Positions 41,599-51,034 of a DNA stretch of 51,034 nt are shown piece by piece. Within the stretch, counting starts at the first letter, position 1. Each line of letters opens with the position of its first letter. The DNA comes from Conidiobolus incongruus B7586 (Eukaryota), in NCBI GenBank assembly GCA_000697335.1, contig JNEM01011735.1:1-51034 (forward strand), read 5' to 3'. The translations under genes and the position numbers were made by a program. Under the pieces are notes generated by a model. The model was not told the DNA's origin. It made no database searches and was given only the letters and a program-made list of their open reading frames with translations.

Positions 41599-42047
41599 AT
41601 GAGCTTTCATAATCCAATTTCAATTTTTGACGTTCATATTTACTTTTTGCAAGATAATCCAGGATCTGTTAAGTCTGCAGAACACTTGAGAGAGAAAATT
41701 ATTCAACAATTTCCTCACCTCACAGTATATAACGCTGTTCATCGGCCTATTGGTAAGGTTAATCTTTAATTACCAATTCATATTTTTATTTACACTTTAT
41801 ATTAGGACCACATCCCACTGCTATGTTTGAAGTTAAAGTAACGAATCAAAAAGAGTTTGGTGAGTTTATTCCCTGGTTAGTATTGAATAGAGGACCTCAC
41901 TCCGTGCTCGTCCACCCTCAAACTGGTGATGATATGATTGATCATACACAATATGCTACTTGGATAGGACAACCTTTACCTCTTGATCTGACTATGCAAA
42001 ACAGATTACCAAATGACTTATATCCTCCTTTCGTTGATTTAAATTAA
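41599..42047 (+). CDS. DOPA 4,5-dioxygenase family protein (DOPA_dioxygen / Amanita DodA-like), 131 aa, 2 exons
   Basis: Exons 41599-41752 and 41806-42047. Motifs FDVHIYF, RPIGPHPTAMFEV, PWLVLNRGPHSVLVHPQTGDDMIDHT and WIGQPLPLDL. Confidence 0.92.
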
Positions 42048-42312
42048 ATTATAATTTAATTGAAAAATGGTATATTATATGAACTAAGAGGTATTACCAT
42101 TTATAATATAATATTACAATAAGGATGTCGTTATAAGTATTCACTTTATTATTAATCTTGTTTCAAATTTAGAAATTAAATTTATATGAGGTTAATAGAA
42201 TAATTAAAATAAAACTATACTTTTTAAATCAGTTATTATAATTTTTTATTAATTCATAGATAAGGTAATATTTATTAATTATTTTAAATCCAATTTAAAG
42301 TAAAACAGTTTT

Positions 42313-42513
42313 TGTCACAGATTCATAACCATTCTCAGAATTCCTATAAATCATAATGTGAATCATTCTCCTATAAATAGTTAGACAATATAACCTTCTA
42401 CAGGTGGTGGACTCTAGTGTAGTTAGTCTGTTAATCAACCTTTCTTGGTTTAGCTTCCTCTACACCCTGACTCTGCTCTATTAGTCTAATAAATCTAGTA
42501 ACTATCTAGTATA
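42313..42513 (+). repeat. 5' LTR
   Basis: Begins TGTCACAG and ends CTAGTATA. Direct repeat of 47433-47633 with 22 substitutions and no indels by manual alignment. Confidence 0.95.
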
Positions 42514-42524
42514 TGGTAGCAGTG
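42514..42524 (+). other. Primer-binding site, probably for initiator tRNA-Met
   Basis: TGGTAGCAGTG immediately follows the LTR. TGGTAGC is complementary to the GCUACCA 3' end typical of eukaryotic initiator tRNA-Met. Confidence 0.7.
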
Positions 42525-45500
42525 AGGTTATTATATTCCTCTTAATTCTTATCTAGTCTAGATATTCTCCTTAGTCTTATATCCTATTAGTTTTTGTTTC
42601 ATATTCTTGTTTTTCTCTTGTTTTCTGTTTTTTTTACCTATCCTATTCTTTGTTTCTTGTACCCTAGTTTAATTTTACTAGTATTACAACCTGTGATTAT
42701 AACTCTCTTGGAAGAATTTATTAATATTTAAGATATAACCACTCAGCAACTCTAATTTATCACACTTAGGGATTTGATTAACAAAGATAGTAGTTTAAAT
42801 GAACTTTTCTTCAGAATAAATCACTTAAATTAATTTTGTGTACTTTAAGAATTGGCAAACCAACATTATTCTCCTCCTACTCTTCAAAAACCAATCAATC
42901 TAAATTATAGTGAAACTCTTATTTAAAAGGTCTTCTACAAAAATCTAAAATAGTTTGATGGTAAACACTCTCTACTTAAATTTAATGCATATGAATTGTT
43001 ATTCTAAGGCTATTTCTAACATTGCTAGTTTAGCAAAAACAATAAGGTAAGTATCATTGTCTCTTATTTAACCAATACTGTAAGAGATTAGTAAAACAAA
43101 CACAATCAAAATAATCTTAGATTATCTTCTAGTAAATAACTTGTTGAATATATTACCTCTTTTAACATGTTGATTTCTTAGTTAAGATTTTTTTTCACTT
43201 TAGTTGCTAATATCCCTAGAAATTTTTCAAAACTTATTTGTATAAAACAAACTAGTTCTGTTAACAGTTTTATTAATGTTTTAAGATATATTGAGATTCA
43301 GTTACCATTTATTTTAGAATATCAACATAATATTATCTTCTTAGAATAACTTAAACTATATATCACTAGCTTATTAGCATCATAAATTAATATCAAACTT
43401 AATAGATTTGAAGATATATGTAGTAAAGTATTGTTGATCAAAAGCACTATACACCTTAACTAACATTTAAATTAGATTTTAGATGATTATACATGTAACT
43501 TAAAAATCACCCCTAAGTTACCTTCTACACACAACTCTAATTTTAATCACATAATTATTAATTCAGCTCAAGTTAAAAAATCCACTTTTTATATTATGTG
43601 GGGTAAAACATTAAGTCCCAAAATTAAAAATTTCTTGAAAGAATAGAATAGATGTTTCTATTACTATCATACACATATTAATCACACCACTAAATATTAT
43701 CCTTTAAAGCATTTTAAACTTGGTAACTATAATAATAATAAACATAATAGAATAAACTTAATCTAATTGTTATTTACTAAGTATATCTTATATCCTAATA
43801 ATTTACCTCATGTTAACTTTTCTTCTTTTGTTGTTAAAGGTAGTATTAATAATTATGAAATCAATATTTTAATTGATACAGGTGTTACCAAATGTTTAAT
43901 TAATAATACCCTAACTGATATACTCTATCTATTAAAAAATCAATTCACTACTTCTATAATATTAGCTAATAAATTTAAATATTAAAATAATAGTCTAGTA
44001 AAGAGTTTTTTATCTTTATCTTTAAAATACAACAAAGATATTTCTTTAGTAAGTGTTTTAATTAACTACAATATTATCTTAAATATAGATTAGATTAAAT
44101 CACATACTTTATTTACTATTGATTATTTTAACAAAAATTTATCCTTCACATTCTATTATAAATCTATCCTTATTACTATTACTCAAATTACTATTGTTGC
44201 ATTATAAATTCTAGATAATTTTCACTCTAATTTTCTTGTTAATTATAAACCAAATTCTATTATCAAACTTAATTCTATTGTTATATCTTATAAAACATTC
44301 ATTAAATAATTACTCATTATTAATTTTATATCTTCTAGTATAATTTTTGTTAACTTAGTTATACCTCAATTAAACTCTAGCAATCTTAATTTTAACTTTA
44401 TATCTTTAGATAACCTATTACATAATATAGTAATGTTATATTTAAATATTTTCTAACTTCAAGATTTATTTTCTTTAAAGAGAAATATAATTTATAAAAT
44501 CAAGTTAACTTTTAGTTTTACTTTTGTTTATCACTTAATTTATTACATATCTGCTGAAGAAAATAAATTGCTAAAAGACACCATCACTTAACTTTTAAAA
44601 AAAAGTTACATTTGTCCTTCTACTTCTCTATAGAGATTTTTTATTTTATTTATTAAAAAGAAAGATAGAGGTTTAAGATTTTATGTTTATTTTTATACCT
44701 TGAATAAAATAACCATTAAAGATTATATACCACTGTTTAACTTATTAAAATTATACAATTAAATCCTAGGTTAAAATTATTTTACTAAATTAGATATATA
44801 TAACAAATACTATAATATAGCTATATACCTTAATTTAATCCCTTTAACTATATTTAATACTTATTATAACTATTTTAAATTTATAATTCTACTATTTAAA
44901 CTATATAAAGTTTTTGCTATATTTACTTACTTAATAAATACAATTTTCTTTAAAACCTAGGATATCTTTGTTATTTTATATCTTGATGATATTCTAGTTC
45001 TCTCTAAGACTTTATTAGAATATTAAAAATATATTAAGCATGTCTTTTAGATCTTTTATAAACATTTACTACCTATTAAAATATTAAAATGTTATTTTAT
45101 TGTTTCAGAGGTTTTATTTTGTGGTTATATTATATCTTCTGATTGAATTAAAATTAATTCAGATAAAATTAAAGCTATATAATCTTAACTTATCCTTGTT
45201 GATAAATATTCCCTTATATTATTTTTAAGTATAGTAAATTATTTTAAGAATTTTATTGATAGTTATATAAAAATTATCCTACCATTAACTAACCTACTTT
45301 ATAAATTATCTCTATAGATATAAACTCCTTTAGAATATTTTACCTGTTTAACAATTATTAATGTTGTTAGTAATACCCTTATACTTTATAGTTTTGACCC
45401 TTTACTACTAATAATCTTATTCACAAACACTTCTAGCTTTGCTATTAATAGTTAGTTAAGTTAACTTAATTCCTTAAATTATAATCTTACTTGCTTAAAT

Positions 45501-47432
45501 TAAATTGAGAAAAGAGTAACACTTAAATTATTAGATTTAAAACACTTTAATCTTTATCCCATTGTATTCTATTTTTATAAAATAACTCTTGCAAAAATAA
45601 ACTACTTAGTTTATAAATAAAAACTTTTTGCTATTATCAAATGCTTTAAATATTTCTGTTATTATACACTAGGTTAATTTGTCTATACACTTATAAATTA
45701 CAAATTTATCACATAGATTAATAATCAACTTTATTTATTTAAACATCAATCTTTGTAGATTAAATTCCTCTAAGAATTTAACCTATATATTTATTATATC
45801 AAAGGAAAATTTAACACTCTTGTTGATTTTATCTCCAAACATCTTAATTATGCTTTTATTTATAATAAGTGTAAGTTAACTTGTGCTAAGTTAAACAATG
45901 TCTCTTTAGAATAATCTTAATTAACTGTGTAAAATAATATTTAAAATACATTTCTTAGTGATGATTATGCTTTAAAAATCATCAACCACATTTATAACCT
46001 GAATACTTCTACCTTAACTTATGTAAAATATTATTCATATAACAATAACCTACTTTATTATAATTTACATATCTACATTCTTAATGTTTTAAGCATTAAA
46101 TTACAACTGCTAAACCTTTATTATAACTCTACTATTTTAGGTTATTAAAGTTAACTTTATATATACTATAAATTTTCTTATAACTTCTACTAGCTTAATA
46201 TAGAAAAAAATGTATAGAAGTATATTTGCTTTTGTGATTAATATTAAATCAACAAACCTCTCAATTAATTCCCTTTTAATAATTTTAATCTATTACCTGT
46301 TCCCTAAACTTATTAATTTGATATCACTATGGATTTTACTAAAGCACTATAAACCTTAGATAGTTTTAACTATGTTCTTATCATTATAAATTGTTTAACA
46401 AAAATAATATACTTTATACCAACTAATAAAAAAGCTAACTTAGAAACTATCACTAAATTATTTATTAAGAATATCTTTAGATATCATAGGCTATCATCAA
46501 CTATCATAATAAACCATGATACAAAATTTACAAGTAAATTCTAGTCTTCACTTATAAAATTACTAGGTTGTTAATATAACCTTACAACCTCTTGTCATTA
46601 ATAATCTAATGGTTAATTTAAACAAGTAATTTGTGTCTTAAAAGAAGCACTTAGATCTTACTTTAATTATAACATAGAAAATTAGGTTGAGAATTTACCT
46701 CTATTTAAATTTGTTTTTAATAATTCAGTTAACTTATCTACTAGTATAACACTATTTTACTTGAATTATAACTAACATCCTACTTCAATTGTAAATATAA
46801 CATCTATTATTAATACTTCATCTAATATTATAAACTTCACAGAGTATATACATTCCTTACTATTTATAGCTTAAGACTACATCCTCTCTACCTTAAATAA
46901 ACAAGCTTATTATTATAATTTGAATACCTAACCTACTTCAACTTTATCTTTTAGTACTTTAGTACTATTATTTTCAGATAAAATTAATCTGCTTTAAGAC
47001 TCTAATTAACCTACTAACAAACTATTACCTAAATAATTAAAACCTTATTGTGTTAAAGATAAAAAACTATATCTAGATATATATAAATTAATCTTGCCTC
47101 TTAACTTACAAATTCACCTTGTTTTCTATATAAAGTTGTTAAAGTTATATTAAGATCCTAGAGAATATTTTCTTAAATATACTATATACTCTTAATCCTC
47201 TCTTGTTAACTCACAATATAAGATATATATTGTTGATAAAATTATAACTTATAGGAATTATTGAAATTAAAATGAATACTTTATACACTAGCAAGGTTAT
47301 CCTTCTAATAAAGCTACTTAGGAAAATAAAAAAAATATTAAACATCTTGAAGCTTTTAGAAAATTTCTCAATAAACAATCACAATCATCTTAAAGAGAAA
47401 TTTTACTCTGTTAAAATAAAGTTTAAAGGGAG

Positions 47433-47633
47433 TGTTACAGATTTATAACTATTCTTAGAATTCTTATAAATCATAATATAAATTATTCTCCTATAGATAG
47501 TTAGATAATATAACTTTCTACAGGTGGTAGACTTTAGTGTAGTTAGTTTATTAATCAACCTTTCTTGGTTTAGCTTCCTTTACACTTTAACTCTACTCTA
47601 TTAGTTTAATAAATCTAGTAAATATCTAGTATA
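47433..47633 (+). repeat. 3' LTR
   Basis: Begins TGTTACAG after the purine tract AAAGGGAG, ends CTAGTATA, and is followed by the TSD GTTTT. Confidence 0.95.
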
Positions 47634-48530
47634 GTTTTTTATATTGTAATTTTTATATAAATGATAATTTTAAAGATATATATAAATGCTCTAAAATACT
47701 TAACTATCTTAATATAATTTTACTAGAAGTATATATTTAAGATATATTACAGACCTAAAAATATAATGAAATCGTATTATAAAATTATAAAGCTTTTATA
47801 ACAAATAACATTCTCTTTAAAATTATCTCAAAATGAACTCTTTTGCTATTTTAATAAATTTATAACTATGTTAAATTATGAATGTATCAATATAATGCTA
47901 TAACTATTAGTAAATATATTAGTTTTATTCAAGCTCATTTATTTTATTAAAATTTATTATATAAGTTTAATAATAAACTTTTTTTTATAGTTTATTTTTA
48001 TTTAATATTTTATAATATCATTAATTAATTTTATATAACCTTAATAATATAAAAAATTTAATAATTTAAATTATTTTTATTACAAAAAAGTAATTTATTA
48101 TAATTTTTATTTGAAATATATAATATTCTATTTTATTTTCCAAGCCATTAGTTTTCAATTAAATAATTTAATTTAATTTAATTTAATTAATCCACTAATA
48201 TTTCATTAATAAAATTTTATTTAAAAATAATATTATTGATAATATATAATATATTGTAAAAAACCAATATTTATTATTGCAATACCAAAGTTATCAGTTT
48301 AAAAATTGTTTAATTATTTGTAATAATTCAAAGTTTCAAAATATTATATATCTATTTAATATTTTGCTTATTTAATAATATATTTTAATATTGATTAATT
48401 TTAAAATATTTAATAATATTATATTAACTCAATTATAATATTTTCTGGACTTTATTCTTTAATACTATTGAATAATATTTATTTTTTAATATTGAATCAA
48501 AATGTATGATTTTGTTTTAATAAATTATTA

Positions 48531-49853
48531 TTAGTATAGAAATTAAAAAATGGCAAATTTTTTAATTTCTGATCTTTCAAATATATTATACATTTTGAAA
48601 GATTTTTTATATATAAAATATATAGGAAAATAAATATTTTCAAACTAAATATAAATATATATATATATTCAATTTTAATTATTTTTTTATTAAAATATTT
48701 TAATTTTAAAATTTATACTTAAATTTAATTATGCTTAAACTAGATTGTGATTATCAAAAAGCTTTTATTTTTGTATCTTTAAAACTTAACTATAAACCCT
48801 TTAAAATCATCTAAAACTTGCAAATAGCTTATAGTGATGGTGTTTTATCTAAAATTACCATATATCACTAGATTTGTAATTTTAAAACTCGAATGAAGAT
48901 TATTTTAAATTCACTAAAATTTAAAAAATTAATTTCTACTATTATTTTTTTATTTATTAATAGAGTAAAAAATATATTAAGAAATACCTTTTTATTTTTG
49001 CTAAAGAATTATCAAAATAATTTAATATTAAATATATAAGCATTTTATAATTACCTAAGTTTAAACTTAAATTAATTAATAAAAATATAAAATAGATATC
49101 TTATAATTTAACAAAAGCCTAAAAAAAACTACAGTAGTTATAGCTAAATTAAACTTATTAAGGTATAACTAAAAACAAAGGTTTTTATAACAAATACTTA
49201 TAATTAATAAATCTTAAATTCTTTTATATAATCCTATACTTAAAAATAAAACAAGATGTTAGGTTAAATTAAATTAATCCTTTTTATAAATTCTAATAAA
49301 TAAGTATTTTAAATATAAATGAATGTTAATTATTATAATTAAATATAATAGTATATGGTTTTCTTATTTAATATCTTAAGGAAAATCAATTAATAATAAA
49401 TTATATATTATTTTTTAAATAAAATAATTTCTAAATAGTGTTCTCAATATAAATTAAAAATACCTATTATTTTATTAGATAATAATAAAATACATAAGGT
49501 TAAAGTTATAAAAGATTTTTTATATAAAAAAATAGAGAGAGTTACTACACCTAGTATATTCACCTTATTATAACCTATATAATTATAATTGTTTTAAATA
49601 ATTAAAAAAGCAGCTTGCAGGAAAAAAATTCCTACAAACAAATTAAATTGGTTTATAGAACATAAAATTTCAGTCTTTAATAAAAAGAACTATTTTTTAA
49701 ATATTAGAAGTTTACCAAAGGTATAGAAAAAAGTTATTAATAATAAAAGAGGTTATTAATTTTATATTATTCATTAATTTCTATGTATTATTTATTAATT
49801 TATTTGTTTAATTTTAATTTCAAAATTATACCATTATTTAATTTCTACACTAA
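48531..49853 (+). mobile_element. Full-length dead mariner transposon, copy C (1323 bp, same subfamily as copy A)
   Basis: TIRs TTAGT(A/G)TAGAAATTAAA(A/T)AATGG with TA on each side. Relic HTH region (NLQIAYSDGVLSKITIYH*ICNFK), *ISYNL (WVPHNL) at 49093, LDNNKIHK, and LHLVYSPYYNLYNY. Confidence 0.9.
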
Positions 49854-51034
49854 TAATATTAAATTTTTATATTTTTAAAAATAAACTTATTAGGAATAAT
49901 TTATCAATAATTAATTGATTAGTAAGTGAAAAAATATATATCAAAATATTATTATTATTATATATTATTTTAAATTATCATTTAAATCTAAATTATATAT
50001 ATAATATATCTTAACGTATCTTTTAATAATATCATTATTTAAAAAAATAAATATTTATAATCATTAATTATATTTTAAAACAAAATAAAATATATTAATA
50101 ATATTATAATAGTTAGAGTAAAACTGATAAATTCAAACGATCAAAAATTATCATATTAAATTATTATATTAACTTTTATATTTAATATATATAGCTTGAA
50201 GAGTATTTTTTTAAATAAGATTTATGCTATTATTATTATTACAATTTTTTGAAATTAATTAATTGAATTTATATTATGCAAGGAAAAATGTCATATATTT
50301 TAAAAATTATTTTTATTTAGATATTTTGAAATCAATTAGATTTGAGTATTTTTAATATAATTAAATATATTAAAAATTTAAACCTTGTAAAATAAGGAAT
50401 AGAAAATATTATTGAATAGGTAAATATCCATTATAGATATTTGACACTTTATTCGTATTTATATTATCTATTTTATAGGTAACTAATTACAAAATTTGAT
50501 ATCAACTGTAGACTTCTGATATCCGATCAAAAATTTGATCAATTTATTTTATCTTATATTAATTAATAACAATTATATATCATTTATTTAAAATAAAAAG
50601 ATATGCTTCAACTTTTAATAAGCAAAATATAAACATAAATAAATGAATTTGATATAAATTTCAATATAAATATTATTATTACTTATCAATACATAATGAA
50701 AGATATTTTACATAATCATTTGGAAAACAAATATTTTAAAATCATTAAAAATCAAAATTTATTTAAAAAATAATTTTAGAGAGTATTATAAACTTAATAA
50801 TGAACTTTAAGATTGATTTGATCAAATTTTTAATTTTATAATTTAATTTAAGATTTTTAATACAATATTAAGTATTTTGTAAATTAGATATTTTTATTAG
50901 TATTTAATATAAATATTATATTGATATTGCAATAGTTATTATTTTCAAGTATTATTATATCATTTGATAGAATAATCTATTCTTAATTAATTTTAATATA
51001 TATTTTCTAATTTATAATAAAAAAATTATTTAAA

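Larger units (their letters stand above)
42313..47633 (+). mobile_element. Full-length dead Ty3/Gypsy chromovirus LTR retrotransposon (5321 bp)
   Basis: Two 201-bp LTRs, a 5-bp TSD GTTTT (42308-42312 / 47634-47638), PBS TGGTAGCAGTG directly after the 5' LTR and a purine tract before the 3' LTR. Relic domains are in Gypsy order: protease LIDTG (~43875), RT (FIKKKDRGLRF; YLDDILV at 44979), RNase H (NYLVYK*KLFAII), integrase (ITMDF, IFRYHRL, TKFTSKF*), and chromodomain (YFIH*QGYPSNKAT*E, ~47225-47370). Confidence 0.95.

Noticed and set aside
42850..47392. Alternative genetic code (TAA/TAG read as sense) to explain stops in TE reading frames
   Set aside because: Host genes end in TAA/TAG/TGA with no internal stops. 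TE stops fall at both Trp and Gln positions and accompany many missense transitions, which fits mutation rather than recoding.
1..51034. CRISPR array or prokaryotic/organellar origin
   Set aside because: No regularly spaced direct repeats. Spliceosomal introns, septin, SAM50 and Pol III-type tRNAs without encoded CCA indicate nuclear eukaryotic DNA.

Overview
Very AT-rich eukaryotic DNA with short GT-AG introns (~50 nt). The gene content is fungal. An early-diverging, Conidiobolus/Entomophthoromycota-like origin is my inference from composition and gene style and is not verified. The left ~16 kb holds housekeeping genes (BFR1-like, CDC3 septin, DEF1-like, SAM50). tRNA genes are Ala-CGC, two Thr-TGT and Pro-AGG, plus a decayed Thr-AGT. 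From ~19 to ~37 kb a gene-sparse accessory region carries a same-strand array of six paralogues (five intact, one chimeric pseudogene) of an unrecognised ~150-210 aa secreted beta-rich protein, plus a secreted Thr/Cys/Pro-repeat protein. A DOPA 4,5-dioxygenase gene at ~41.6 kb is preceded by three perfect ATCTGATAA (SreA/Fep1-type iron-GATA) boxes. All five transposons are dead: one Tc1 DD34E fragment, three full-length ~1.3 kb DD34D mariners and one full-length chromodomain Ty3/Gypsy element. They are structurally intact but saturated with C->T/G->A transitions, mostly at CpA and CpT. This RIP-like, repeat-targeted hypermutation is the strongest candidate for an undescribed system in this window.
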